From contig OZ024746.1 of assembly GCA_964016885.1 (NCBI GenBank), positions 21,018,001-21,082,000 of the forward strand: a DNA stretch of 64,000 nt, given 5' to 3'. A program made the position numbers and the translations under genes. The DNA is from Eledone cirrhosa (taxonomy: Eukaryota). This document shows positions 28,901 to 42,375 of this stretch, one piece after another (the stretch's first letter is position 1; every line of letters begins with the position of its first letter). The notes beneath the pieces were generated by a model that did no database searches, was not told the origin of the DNA, and saw nothing but the letters and a program-made list of their open reading frames with translations.

Positions 28901-29299
28901 TATATATCTATAAATCGAAGAAGTATAATTTAATGGATAATATTGTGTGGCCTTGCCATGGGAAAGTTTCTCTCTCATTTATCCATACTTATTGTACTAG
29001 CTTTATTATTAATTGTCAATGCTCCTTTACAATGTTTCTCTTAATGAATATTTATGTCATAGTATCTCCTCAAAATAGATGACTGTTATGTTTATTCTAA
29101 AAGAAGCAATATTTTCGAATGAAATCGATGGTCCATATTGAACAAGAGATAAGTTTCTAGTGAATTAAGACCATCAAAACATTTCAATTATTGGTTTAAA
29201 TTTCGCCCTACTTACGTCACTAAGTCCCGAGAAAAGGGATGAATGAAACAACTTCTATAAAACTCAAAACCTATTAACTTAAAAGTATAAAGTCTGTCT

Positions 29300-29566
29300 C
29301 AAGCTCAGAGGCTCATCAAGCCGGTGTTTATTCCACTTTCTGTGGTGTTAAGCAGCTGAGAGTACAATACTTCCGCTGAACAGGATGCCAGTTTATCGCA
29401 GGGTAAACCCCCAGATGTTGCTGCTACTCATTTCAGCTATGTGTAGTGGAGCAACGTGAAATGAGGTGTTTTGCTATAGAACACAGCACGCAACCTAGCC
29501 CAGGAATCGAACCCACGACATTATAATCGTAAATCCAACACCTTTACCCATAGACCACGCGCCTCG
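29300..29566 (-). mobile_element. SINE family B-related copy
   Basis: RC has a tRNA-like head GAGGCGCGTGGTCTATGG...GGGTTCGATTCC and shares GGAGCAACGTGAAAT with 10090-10428. Confidence 0.7.
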
Positions 29567-30349
29567 CAAACAAATAATTGCAATAAAGATGAGAAATTAT
29601 ATTGATATTGCTATAAACTTCTTCCAACTCAGCTTGAGATGCGATCTGTTTTTTTTCTTCTTTATTTCGAAATTCTTTATTCCCTTTCAGCAATAAATGC
29701 AATAATCTTGAGGAAAACATGGAAATTACAACCCCTCTCCCACCGCTAAAGATTTATTGCTTTCTGTCTAAATAAGGACATGTTAAGAAAATACATATTA
29801 AAGGAAAACAATATTTGATGAACATTTTTATCTGAATACCTTTTGAAGAGAGTTATTTTATTACTATTTCAAGTGGTTTGACATATCTTAATTTGGCTTT
29901 GAAGATCTAGAAACATGAAGGATTTAGAAACAGTAAATACTCAAAACATGAAGCATATAGTGTTAAATAGATATAAATAATACCGTTGTCTCATTCATCG
30001 CATGTTCGATTTCAATACAATACTATATTATAGCTTTTACGAATCCGATGAATGATAATATAAACGTGAATAATTAAGAAAATTAATGTGAGTCCTCTAC
30101 AATATAATCGTTTTCTCAAATAAATGATTTAAATAGGCATCTAATTTATGAGCCGATCATATATGATATTCTTTGATAAAAGCTGTATTTGCTTTCCATT
30201 TCTTCGCGTTCCATACATTTAAGGGAAAACAATAGAATCAACCCTGTCTCTAAAGTAGTATTATATTAATTTTTCTTTTAGTTATTTGATTTGGATGGGT
30301 TGGCTATTCCCATAGCCGTCACAGTTCAACATAGACATATGTGATTAAT

Positions 30350-30780
30350 GTCTAAAGTCCCTGTTGGATATCAGAAACTGGATGATTGTAGGAAGAACAT
30401 TGCACGTTGGTGATTCCTGAAAGCAGATCTCAGGGCATGAAGGTCTAGAATTAGTGGCTGGTTTAGTGCCTGGAAAGAGATCAGAGTCACTCTAGTTAGA
30501 GGCGCTACTTCTCCGAATTGAGAGCTCACAGCTTCAATACTATGGGAAAGAATCGCTGCACAGATTTTACGGGCAAAACCAACTGGCAGAAAATCCAATG
30601 GTAGACCACGAGCAATATGGTCGGATAACATCCATGACCGTGGCTGGTCTCTCTTGGGGTTCCAGCCGGATCAGTTGGAGACGGTTTACTCTGACAGGAC
30701 CCGCTGGAAGGAGTGTTTGAGGATCCTTCTCCCACAACCCTTCAGGAATAAGTGGGTGAAGAAGAAGAAGAAAGAGAAGA
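30350..30780 (+). mobile_element. RTE-clade LINE 3' fragment
   Basis: AKPTGRKSNGRPRAIWSDNI; GGAATAAGTGG followed by GAA repeats. Confidence 0.7.
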
Positions 30781-30949
30781 GTACAGCTTACAGAACATTC
30801 GACGGTTAGAAATGGGTCATTATGAAAACATGGTGGAAATTGTTTTGGTATGGGAAGAAAAAGTGGGCTACAGATTGGAAGAAAGAGAGCCTGCACGCTG
30901 TATGTTTCACGGATGTATCCTCGCACTGAGCATGATGGTCTGGCATGAA

Positions 30950-31192
30950 TCATTATCTATAAAAGGCAGATTGTTGTTGTTGTGTGTGTGTGTGCATGTT
31001 CCATGTTTATACATTTGCACAATTTCAAACCGATTCGACTCAATGTCTGTAAGAATGTTGTAAATGGTGTAACTTAGGTCAACGACTATTTATTTCATTC
31101 ACACTTACCCATAATTACGGAAATAATCGATAAAACTAAATACATGACGCTTTAACCCTCTAATAGAATCTAATTACCTCTCTCTACTCCCC

Positions 31193-31269
<77 letters not shown>

Positions 31270-31986
31270 TTTGTTTTTGAGTGTGGAACGGTCAAATATT
31301 TATTTACTTCAATGACAAAGAGAACTTATTACATTTCATACGAAACAACAATTATTCAAAAGCAACAGATAAATTTATTCAACAACAAAAAAAATAGCGA
31401 TAAATCTTTTTTAAAACATCTATCAACGAACGTGGAAGACAGAAGTATCAGTTCATTTACTATGCACAATAATATCCTCTATGAGGTCACTAAACCCGCT
31501 AGAAACAACAGTTAACTCACCCCATATCACACCACTCCCTACTGTCTTAAATTTAGAAAACATATCCTCTATGAGGTCACTAAACCAGTTAGAAACAGAA
31601 GCTAACTCTCCCCCATATCACACCCTTCCCTACTGTCTTAAATTTAGAAAACACACATTAGACAACCATGCAGAACAACTCCATCGCAGCTCTGTTGTTC
31701 GGCTGGCATCGTCTACGCGCGTGTTGCGCAAGTACTGTGATATTGTTTCACAGTACTGTTGCGCAAGTACTGTGAAACAATAAATTTCAACACTTCTTTG
31801 CACAGAGATAATATTCATAGGCGAAACTACAATTGTCACTGCTGGCGCAGCTCCTGCTTCGGCAGTCCTGGTCTGCAATTCATTCACCCAGTGTCTGGCA
31901 GACAAAAAAGTGCTGCCATAAAATGGGTGGTGCAACCTAACTTTGGTAACTTACTGACCCCGAGCAACGCCGGGCTTTAATGCTAG
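30950..31986 (+). mobile_element. Non-autonomous Helitron
   Basis: A|TC start; subterminal hairpin CCCG-agcaacgc-CGGG; CTAG|T end; internal 90-bp duplication (31473/31563). Confidence 0.75.
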
Positions 31987-32024
31987 TACTAGATAAAAGC
32001 ATACAGTTTGTAATAAGTTTTTCT

Positions 32025-32240
32025 TCTGATTTAGGCTCTAGGCTAACAATGTTGGGAGAGGGAAAGTCGATTAAATCAACCACAGTGTTTTACTGGTGCT
32101 TTATTTTATCGACCCCGAAGGGATAAAAGGCAAAGCTAACCTCGGCGGAATTTGAACTCAGAACGTAAAGGGTCATAACTTTAAAGGGTCATAACTTTAA
32201 GATATTGTCCTACGCTCTACCGATATCGCCAATCCACCGC
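32025..32240 (-). mobile_element. SINE family A copy
   Basis: RC of family A, with a small internal duplication AAAGGGTCATAACTTT. Confidence 0.8.
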
Positions 32241-33099
32241 TCTATCCAGTTTGTAATAATAGTAGATGCTTTCCCCACAGCGTCGTAGGTGATATACTTT
32301 GCCTGAACGGCTGCACATAACCAATTGGGGATTTCCTACTTCGAGTCTTAATTGTGTGTGCGTTATGAATGGACAGAATGTTTATCTATGTGGAAAGATA
32401 GTTGCTGTCTTAAACAATAATATTATTGTAACTAGCATGGGTTCAATATTTAAGTGGGCAAGTCTACATCACCATATAGCGTTAATATTTACAAGAAAAA
32501 TATCACATACGATGTGTCTATTTAATAATACTATATATGTTCTTGAGAGCTTAAAACAATGCATAATATATTTTCTTTGCTGAATATAATTCCGAGGCTT
32601 TTGTGGCAGTAGTAAGGAAAACTAACAACAACAACAGTTAATGTTTCCATTTCAACTACAATATTATTTCATATTTTTATATAGGTGATGTTAACGATTG
32701 CTATGAATAAAACAACAAAACTAAACAACAGTAATGATACAATGCGGATATAGAACAGTAACATTAAAGAGAAATAAATAAACTAGAATATATATTAGAA
32801 ACTTACATAGGAAGATACATTTCTCTTTATTGTTATTGTTTGATATGGATTCTCTTGAGAAATAAATAATTTGTGAAGAAACATGACATCAACAAGGAAA
32901 TAACGAAAGAAATAGAAATATTTACAAAGGCAAAGGCAATATGTGATTGACAGTTGACTGGTGGAGGGGAAGGGTGAGATTATTAGAGCATGTGAGTTGT
33001 ATATTTATATGTATATATATATACATATACACATATAAGTATATATATATATATAAATATATAAGCAATTATTTTAATTATGTTTATATATATATGTAT

Positions 33100-33558
33100 A
33101 CCCCACACACACCTCTTCCTGAACATGCAACCCCGTTCTTCCCCCAACTCTTACTTTCACATACACACACACACACACACACACGTACACCTACACACAC
33201 ACACCACCTTCAGCCCTCCCCGCTCGGACACCCCGTCGCCCTCTCCCCACTCCACCCGCCACCACCCCTATACCCCCACACCCTTCCACCACCTGTTTTA
33301 CTTCACGTGTATTTTTATTTTTATTTTTATCATGCCTTTATATTTAATTTCATTTGTACCGTTTCCTCTCACCCCCTTTTTTCTATATGTCTCTCCACCA
33401 CTCCACTACACACCCTTGGAACTCTCTTCCCACACACTTTTCGCCTGAAGAAGGGCTTATGCCCGAAACATCATTCTCCACCCCACTCTCAAGAGCGTGA
33501 AACTAATAAACCTTTGTTCGTACTGCCTCTCTGTTTTGTTCCCGTTCAATTTTTTACT
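33100..33558 (+). mobile_element. Penelope-type 3' end with a degenerate HHR (33445-33472)
   Basis: CTGAAGA-a-GGGC ttat GCCC-GAAA-CATC; pyrimidine-rich upstream; ends in (TA)n tail-to-tail with the H1 element. Left boundary approximate. Confidence 0.55.
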
Positions 33559-33673
33559 ATATATATATATATATATATATAACGAAGGAAAAGTGGTAAG
33601 GAACCAGGTGGACCATAACGCACCAAAGTACTCAATACTTGAGGTAGTAGAGTGGGTAATAGGAACCAGTAAG

Positions 33674-33767
33674 ACCCCGACAGCTGAGCTCAAGCCGTTT
33701 CGACGGCTAATTCTGGACTAAATGAAAATTTATCCTGGTATTTAAATAGCCGATCTTCTCAAGGGGT
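33674..33767 (-). ncRNA. Hammerhead ribozyme, U3-A8 variant with extended stem II (H1)
   Basis: RC identical to 35256-35349. Confidence 0.8.
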
Positions 33768-34132
33768 AATTCCATATATGGTCAAAGTGATTGTCAAAAA
33801 TCAGTAGTAATTCTGTGGTTGCAAATTAGTAGGGGAGATGGTGGCTAAACCTGCCAGTAGGAGAAAGAGGGGAGGGGGTGGAGTAGACCCAATCAAGCGT
33901 TGGTAGTGCCAGCTACAGCTGGGCATGAGGTCAAAGAAGATACAGGGGAGGGGGAGGAAGTCGGAACGGTAGGTAGAACAATGGGGGGTAGAAATAGGAA
34001 AGAAAAAAATACTGAGAGTGAAGAAAAGCAAATAAGTGTAAAGAAAAAGAAAAAGTAAAGTAAATTAAATTCAACGACCTAGGTGTCAGGCTATTGTTAG
34101 GCGAGAATAAAATAAAGAAAGAAAGAAAGAAG

Positions 34133-34163
<31 letters not shown>

Positions 34164-35255
34164 GGAAATAAGTAAGAGAACTAGGTGGGACGGATAAGGC
34201 AAGGACCCTTTTAAGAGGTATAAGTACGTAAATGATACGGTGACGGGTCAACAAAAGGGGCCAAAATACTAAAGAGACTACCACGAAATAAACAATAAAG
34301 GTTTCCATCCCGGGCCAGCAACGACCCAGTGCAGCAAAGTGAACTTGTACGAGATAATAATTCTGAGTCCCGGGAAAAATATATACTAATGCTAACTCTA
34401 AAAGATCTAAAACAAGCTACATGAAAGTTCGTACGAAATAAAGGTAGAATACGGAGAAATAAATTCAGAATCCACCCCGCCCAGAAGAAAAGCGAAGCAA
34501 GAAATACTGAAACGAAAAAATAAGGCATAAGTGCCACTAAGAAATATAGAGGGCACAGAGAATAGTGGGAGCGGTCGGAAAAAGGGGTAAAGTATCCGGG
34601 GTCTAAGCCAACTGCTATAAAGGGCGGAGTCCGCCAAATCTTCCCGAGACTCAGAATTATTATCTCGTACAAGTTCACTTTGCTGCACTGGGTCGTTGCT
34701 GGCCCGGGATGGAAACCTTTATTGTTTATTTCGTGGTAGTCTCTTTAGTATTTTGGCCCCTTTTGTTGACCCGTCACCGTATCATTTACGTACTTATACC
34801 TCTTAAAAGGGTCCTTGCCTTATCCGTCCCACCTAGTTCTCTTACTTATTTCCTTATTTATTTATTTATTTACTTATTTATTTACTTCTTTCTTTCTTTC
34901 TTTATTTTATTCTCGCCTAACAATAGCCTGACACCTAGGTCGTTGAATTTAATTTACTTTACTTTTTCTTTTTCTTTACACTTATTTGCTTTTCTTCACT
35001 CTCAGTATTTTTTTCTTTCCTATTTCTACCCCCCATTGTTCTGCCTACCGTTCCGACTTCCTCCCCCTCCCCCTCCCCTGTATCTTCTTTGACCTCATGC
35101 CCAGCTGTAGCTGGCACTACCAACGCTTGATTGGGTCTACTCCACCCCCTCCCCTCTTTCTCCTTCTGGCAGGTTTAGCCACCATCTCCCCTACTAATTT
35201 GCAACCACAGAATTACTACTGATTTTTGACAATCACTTTGACCATATATGGAATT

Positions 35256-35349
35256 ACCCCTTGAGAAGATCGGCTATTTAAATACCAGGATAAATTTTCA
35301 TTTAGTCCAGAATTAGCCGTCGAAACGGCTTGAGCTCAGCTGTCGGGGT
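35256..35349 (+). ncRNA. Hammerhead ribozyme, U3-A8 variant with extended stem II (H1)
   Basis: ACCCC-TTGAGAA-GA(T)CGGCTA...TAGCCGTC-GAAA-CGGCT tgagctc AGCTG-TC-GGGGT. Confidence 0.82.
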
Positions 35350-35359
35350 CTTACTGGTT

Positions 35360-35424
<65 letters not shown>

Positions 35425-35595
35425 TGGCTGCCAACTCGTTTTTGAGTACGGCCACTACTTTATATCCATGTAGGAGAACTCCTACCGATGCGCTGAACGA
35501 GTGTAACTTTTTAGTCGAGCCAGCGACTTGAAAACTCTGGTACAAACACTACACTTGTGACAATTATTGACACATAGTGCTGGGCCCATGGTACC

Positions 35596-35694
<99 letters not shown>

Positions 35695-35991
35695 TTATAC
35701 ATACATATAAAGATATGTGAATATATATACCTATATATATATATACGGAGAAAGGGAAATTGAGAGAAAAGGAGAGAGAGGTAAGAGACGGATGAAAAAG
35801 GATTATTTTAGTAAAAAATATCAGGATTAAATTAGTTCTTATATATATCTGGTTATATGAGTGGTACTTACAAGAAAACTGGAATACATTCCAAACGGAT
35901 GTTATTTTCAGCTCATGCAAGAATTCTCATAGACATATCTGGCGCCATTTACATACGAATCCTATATACATATACAGACACCGTATATATG

Positions 35992-36053
<62 letters not shown>

Positions 36054-36308
36054 TATATATTGTTTAATACGCATTTTCAGTTGATTGCCTATATGCTTGT
36101 CCCATGTCTAAGTGATTTTGTCCATATACATGTATGTATACTTTGGTATCTCTACGTTCAACACATATGGGTGTATAGTCCTGTTTATCTACCTCCAATG
36201 TATGTTTGCATGTACATATATATATATATATATCCATATATATACAGTATATATATATGTACATATATATTTATATATACAAATATATACATATATACAT
36301 TCACACAC

Positions 36309-36342
<34 letters not shown>

Positions 36343-36387
36343 CGTCAAAGTGATCTACACATAAATAGGCCGTTAGGAAAAAGCGGG

Positions 36388-36434
<47 letters not shown>

Positions 36435-36842
36435 TATCAATGTGTGTGTCCACGGAGCTATGTGTGTATGTGTGTGTGTGTATTTTTGTATGTACCTATA
36501 TTGATATTTATACTGATATCCTTAAGTCACTGGGGTATGGTATGTGTCACTATCTATCTATCGGTTTTGCGAATGCCGTTGAATGCGAATTTGTTTGCAT
36601 GAAAACGTGATACTATCAGATCGGCCTATCATCCATATGTCTCCTGCGGGCAGTATAAAATGCTTCGCTGGACACACTGTGTACAACATAATCAATATAC
36701 GAGAGAGTACATCTTGATAACGAAATGCTAACTCAGCAGATTGGATTCGAATATAGCAATTGCATATTCTCTGAAATAGACTTTATTCTATTTGTAAAAC
36801 ATATTTTGATGCTCAGAAGACATTACTCTTGATACCAAATAT

Positions 36843-36892
<50 letters not shown>

Positions 36893-36939
36893 TCTCTCTC
36901 ACTCTCTCTCTCTCGCTTTCTCGCTTTCCTTCTCTCTCT

Positions 36940-37016
<77 letters not shown>

Positions 37017-37020
37017 ATCT

Positions 37021-38251
37021 CTTCCAATTCCTTTGGAAGAGGCGGGCTCCTATGGTGAGGAGATCCATCTGCTGTCAACACCCTTCGAAAGGAGGGCTGG
37101 GGATGCCGTGGCTATTGATACGTAAACACGCATTAAGGCTACGGCACCTTCAGGTATTCCTCTCCGGTCAACCGGTGTGGGCCCCGTTTGTGAGGCGAGC
37201 CTTTCCGAGACTCGTCTCACTCACCGAGCTGCAATCCTGGGTCAAGCAAAGACCGAGAAAACTGGGCGCCTGGCACACCGAGTGTGCCCAGGCACTCACG
37301 GCTCTCTGGCAGGCGGACCCGGCTGTCAGTGGAGAATCCACCTCGTCATTCTATAGAGGGCTGGTGGTTAGCAGGTGCGACGACGCCCTCGGAGAAGCCC
37401 TAGACATGGAGGAAGACGAACTGGCCAACCTGTTCGGTAGGACATTCAGCCCGGGACCCATGGATAACTTCCAGAGGTCCCTGGCCTGGCAATGCTACAG
37501 AAGGGCTCTGCCCGTTCGAGAAAGGCTCTACAGACACGGGCGCCCGGGTAGGGACCCATCGAAAAGGATCTGTCCCAGATGCGTGTGCGACGAGGAAACC
37601 GTTGCACACGCATTGGTACACTGCTCGGGCATTGCCGATCTGTGGGGTTATGTCGAACAACTGCTGTCAAGGGTGGGACCAATCCGGTTGACCACCGAGT
37701 CTATTGTAACGATCAAGCCGCCTCCCCTCTTCAAAAACGAAGGAGAGGCGGTGTTTCTGTGCGTAATAGCCATGGCGAAAGAGGTTGTATGGTGGACGCG
37801 TCTGAAAGGACTAAGGTCAGACACCTTTCTCTCTGGCCAACAACTGGTCCGTTTCTTCCGATATCATTTCGGAAGAAGGATCAGGATGGAGAGAGAGGTG
37901 CTGCACCCCAGCCGTTTCTATGAAAGATGGGTGAAAGTGGCGAGAATGGCCCGTGTGAATGGGCCTTCACTCTACATCAGACTATAGGTGAGGAAGATGA
38001 AAGACCAAGGGAGCACCCCTTCTCTGTGCTCCTGAGGAGAAGGGTTGCACACTTTTTTCGGGGGTGTGTGCGACCCCCCAAGGCGCCTCCTCTCTATTGA
38101 GGACTTTGTTATAAATTTTATTTTTTGTTATATTTTATTTTAGTTTTATATATTGTTATTGCCTCCTCCTTATTGAGGACGCCTTGTTTTGTAAACTCCC
38201 CCCATTGTACTTGTCCCACTTTTGATGCCCTGGTGGCAAACAAAAGAAACA
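37021..38251 (+). mobile_element. 5'-truncated L1/Tx1-type LINE in a (TATC)n tract with a 20-bp TSD
   Basis: TATCTATCTATCTATCATCT at 37001-37020 and 38252-38271. Confidence 0.9.
37052..37987 (+). CDS. C-terminal part of LINE ORF2 (post-RT region + CCHC zinc knuckle), uninterrupted
   Basis: FLW...KGGLGMP and [18 protein letters not shown]; GC-rich; open to the stop codon. Confidence 0.88.
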   Translation: MVRRSICCQHPSKGGLGMPWLLIRKHALRLRHLQVFLSGQPVWAPFVRRAFPRLVSLTELQSWVKQRPRKLGAWHTECAQALTALWQADPAVSGESTSSFYRGLVVSRCDDALGEALDMEEDELANLFGRTFSPGPMDNFQRSLAWQCYRRALPVRERLYRHGRPGRDPSKRICPRCVCDEETVAHALVHCSGIADLWGYVEQLLSRVGPIRLTTESIVTIKPPPLFKNEGEAVFLCVIAMAKEVVWWTRLKGLRSDTFLSGQQLVRFFRYHFGRRIRMEREVLHPSRFYERWVKVARMARVNGPSLYIRL

Positions 38252-40037
38252 TATCTATCTATCTATCATCTATATCTCTGTATTTTGTTTGGCCATAATT
38301 TCTTTTTTGTATTACCTTCTTTCTTGAAATTATCATTAAAATGATGGTTTATTATTATTATTTTTATCATTGTTATTGTTGTTGATGATGATAATGATAA
38401 TAATTTTGTTTTTTCTACTAGCAATACCTGTTTACTTGTGCTCCTGTTTATGAGTCACATTTTGCCGATATCTTCAAACCCAGTTTATACACCACCAACA
38501 CACAGAAAGAAATGTTGTGTAAATGAAAGGGATAGAAATTTGAGTAAAGTAGGGCTTTCGTCTTTTGCAAATAATTTCTAATAGAAGATCTACGGACATG
38601 GAACATGCTGATGAAAGAAGGAGCACATGATAGTGGTGTGTGAGTAAAACAGGTACACACATTTGTACGAAGCTGTCAGAGTTGCAAGAGATCAGGGAAT
38701 TGTCTTCTGTAATGTTTAAATTAAAATACTTTCACTTGTACTCTCCTCAGAAAGGTTGTAGCTGGGCTCCATTGTCAGTCATGTGAAGTGAAATTTCCTA
38801 TATCAGGCGAAGGTGAATATATCAGAACAATATGTGTGGTTCATGAAACTGAGGTTGGGGTAGAAAGACAAGCTCAGTTAATAGGTCACTCCGCCTCGGC
38901 CCAAACATTTATCCCACACGATGTTGAACGAAAGGATACGTGTGTCACTTTAACATATGATATCACTGACAATATTGACACCTGGCTTCTGGTCACCCTG
39001 TAGCAAAATATGGGAAAGTAGTTAAAGCTGACGTGACTTTAATATGGAGTTAAGACTTCTAGTGCGTGATGAGAGAAATGCTTTATGATCAGTTGTTCAG
39101 ATCAGAAAGGCCAGATGCAACACATACGGCAGTGAATATCCTATACTTTAAGTCTTTGACAAAGAAGATGAAAAGGTCGGAGAAAGGTCGAAGAAATCTG
39201 TAGAAAGAAACATCGCAAATGTTTCACTTAACACGTACCATAGCTATGAAAGTGAGTAAACAAAAGTTGTGAAAATGAAAACATTAAATAGCTTCGCAGT
39301 AATATGAATTATTAAGATCACTACTTACAGCAGTAGCATCAAGAACAACAGCAAGAACTAATAACACATTTACACATGTTACTAATGGACAAGATAGCAA
39401 CAAATGGAAAAACGGGGGTATGTCAAAAAATACAAATTTGATATTTTCAGGTTACGCCAATGACACTGTCCATCGAGAAGACCAGAAATCCCCCACCCAT
39501 ACGAAAAAGACAATTTCTCGACAAGCGTATCAATCGCCAAAAAATTCCGTAATGCCCTTTTGAAAGAGAAATTGAGATATCTACCGAAAAATACGTAGGG
39601 ATAGCATGATAAAAAAACCAACATACAGTATATAACATTGTATAAATGGGGCAATCAACAGGCAACTGCTCATGAAACCAATATATATATATATATATAT
39701 ATATACAATCCTCATCGAACTTTCATCGGATTTTGGTCTTTGTATTTATTATTACATCGCCTGGACCAGGCGATGCGTTATGTCCTTGAGCAAGACACTT
39801 TATTTCACGTTGCTCCTTCTACCTGGAGTTGCGACCAATAGATAGTATTAGCAATTGGAAAGACCAACGGAAACATTGTTCCCTCGGTCCGATTTGACGA
39901 AAGTCGATCGTTGGGAAAAATATATATATATATATATATATATATCTATATATAAATATAATATGAGCGGAACAGGTAAACATTAAACAATCTTTTAAAT
40001 AAATTAAAATCCGATTTAAATATTCACCTGTTCTAGT

Positions 40038-40117
40038 GCTGTGACCGACGGTTTCGCTTATCAAAAGATTGGAAATTCAGAGAATTTCCAATGTAAAGAA
40101 TTAGCTCTTCAGACAGC
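40038..40117 (-). ncRNA. Type I hammerhead ribozyme (Z copy 1)
   Basis: RC: GCTGT-CTGAAGA-GCT..ATTGGAAATTC tct GAATTTCCAAT..AGC-GAAA-CCG t CGG-TC-ACAGC. Confidence 0.88.
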
Positions 40118-40501
40118 TATTTCCATACCACAGGGCACAAAAGCCTTGTGGTAGTAAATATATTGCTTTCTACCCAATGTATGAGGTCAGGCCGTTAAAG
40201 TGACGTACACATAAATAGGCCGTTAGGAAAAAGCGGGAATTATAGACTTGTTGAAATTTGATGTTACTAGAAATAGCAGCACGATACATCTTTTTCTCTA
40301 CATAAAAGGAGAACACAAATAAATGATATAAATATTCCAGTAGGTACTAAGTACCCACGGAAATATATATGGTGTCTATAACAGTGGTTATTCAATGGTA
40401 CTAATTTGAGATACCAGAATTATAAAATGAGCGGAACAAGTAAACATTAAAGAATCTTTTAAATAAATTAAAATACGATTTAAATATTCACCTGTTCTAG
40501 T

Positions 40502-40581
40502 GCTGTGACCGACGGTTTCGCTTATCAAAAGATTGGAAATTCAGAGAATTTCCAATGGAAAGAATCAGCTCTTCAGACAGC
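40502..40581 (-). ncRNA. Type I hammerhead ribozyme (Z copy 2)
   Basis: Same motif 464 bp away. Confidence 0.88.
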
Positions 40582-40687
40582 TATTTCCATACCACAGGGC
40601 ACAAAAGCCTTGTGGTAGTAAATATATTGCTTCCTGCCCAATGTATGAGATCAGGCCGTTAAAGTGACCTACACATAAATAGGCGGG

Positions 40688-40740
<53 letters not shown>

Positions 40741-40741
<1 letters not shown>

Positions 40742-41102
40742 AGGAGGTGAGTAATATTGTAGAACAATACAACTATGCATATATCAGATAATTAGCACTC
40801 AATAGTTGGTAGAACTGGAGTATATAAAGAAGAAATTAAAAGATGGTTTAAAAAAGTTCCATATATTTTATTATGCGCATTTCGAAAACAACATCATCCT
40901 GGGACGAAAATTGTGTTCTGATCAGATAAAATAAGGTAACATAATATGAGGCCTAAAAACACTTGTGAACAAGTATTTTTAGGCCTCATATCCTGTTACC
41001 TTATTTTATTTGATGAGAACACAATTTTTGTCCCAGCATGATGTTGTTTTCGAAATGCGCATAATAAAATATATGGAACTTTTTTAACCATCTTTTAATT
41101 TC

Positions 41103-41107
<5 letters not shown>
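40741..41107 (-). mobile_element. Fold-back pLTR insertion, ~140-bp arms, one HHR per arm
   Basis: Arms 40828-40966 / 40969-41107. HHRs at 40866-40931 (-, core CTGATCA) and 41004-41069 (+, core TTGATGA), both ..GAAA-TGCGCA-TA-ATAAAA; consensus core CTGATGA. Confidence 0.8.
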
Positions 41108-41190
<83 letters not shown>

Positions 41191-42119
41191 GTATGTGTCT
41201 GTATGTGTCTGTATGTGTCTGTGCGTTTGTGTGTGTATCTGTGTATAAGTGTGCGTTTGTGTGTGTGTCTGTCTGTGTATATGTGTGTGTGTTTGTGTGT
41301 ATGTAGAAAATTTGATTGTCTGAGAGATTAGCACATCCGTTAGAGTACTTGCCAGCTTAGTAAAATATTTAACCAAATATTGTTTCATGTTTTATCATCT
41401 TGTCAGAAACTACAACGCCGTATCACAACAATGTATATTATACTATTCTTTGTGCATAAACAAAAAGCACAATACAAGCTAAAGAACATAGTAAGCAAAA
41501 GATCAGTATTTGACAATAGATGAAATATGAAAAAAGTGTTTATATAGACAACGTTATCATCAAAAACACCTTGCTAACAAACTAAATATTTTTCACTGTA
41601 AATATTCCATAGCGGCATAACGTTGAAATTATAAAACGAAAGCGTTTGGCTGGGTAGAGTGAGTATTTTCAGTTTCCAAATGAAATACGAGGTCAATGTT
41701 TGATATAGGCTAAGGATAATACTCCATTATATAAACATTTTATAAATATATTTCATATTGGAGAATTACTTCATACTGCAGGAGACAGAATGTTAGTGAA
41801 GGTTATTTCACTAGAATAGCCTGGATTCTCTCACATATTCACACACATATATATGTACACTCATTTATGTACACCAGCACATCAATATGCATTAACACAC
41901 ATATATAATTTTACACATACACCCGCAAGAAAGGATCTATATAATATGTGCAGATACGTTCTACAAATATATACGCATTTATGTCTGTGTTAGATTGTAC
42001 ACTCATATATATACATATACATACATATATATATAGATACATATATATATATATATATATATATACACACTCATTCATGCATATATATTGCATTTGTGAG
42101 TGAATAATAATAATATTAT

Positions 42120-42308
42120 AATTGTTTCTACTTTAGGCACAAGGCCAGCAATTACCCAGTGCATTACTGTTACATTATTTTATCGACCCCGTAAGGATGA
42201 AAGGCAAAGTTAACCTCGGCGGGATTTGAACTCAGAATGGCAAGGGCCGTAACTCTATGCGTCAAAGCATGTCGTCTGACCCTCTACCGATACTGCCAAT
42301 CCACCGCC
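42120..42308 (-). mobile_element. SINE family A copy
   Basis: RC of 13694-13880. Confidence 0.85.
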
Positions 42309-42375
42309 TCTAATAATAATATAATAATATTATAATAATATAATAATATTATATTATATAATAATATAATAATAT

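Larger units (their letters stand above)
33581..35362 (-). mobile_element. Long H1 element with an inverted 5' pLTR (~720-bp arms), non-coding
   Basis: 33659-34376 is the near-perfect RC of 34641-35363 (about five differences by eye); 264-bp spacer; (TA)n on both sides. Confidence 0.9.
39961..40691 (-). mobile_element. Family Z: two head-to-tail ~284-bp HHR monomers separated by a 180-bp insertion
   Basis: Period 464. Insert bounded by GAATTATA at 40237-40244 and 40417-40424. End fragment also at 36343-36390. Confidence 0.8.

Noticed and set aside
32299-32583. Plus-strand ORF with faint LRR-like words (VLNNNII, CLFNNTI)
   Set aside because: Opposite strand to the relic array and too weak to support.
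33931-35092. Duplicated hydrophobic 125-127 aa ORF (METFIVYF...)
   Set aside because: T-rich low-complexity 3' region of H1 duplicated by the inversion; no evidence of coding function.
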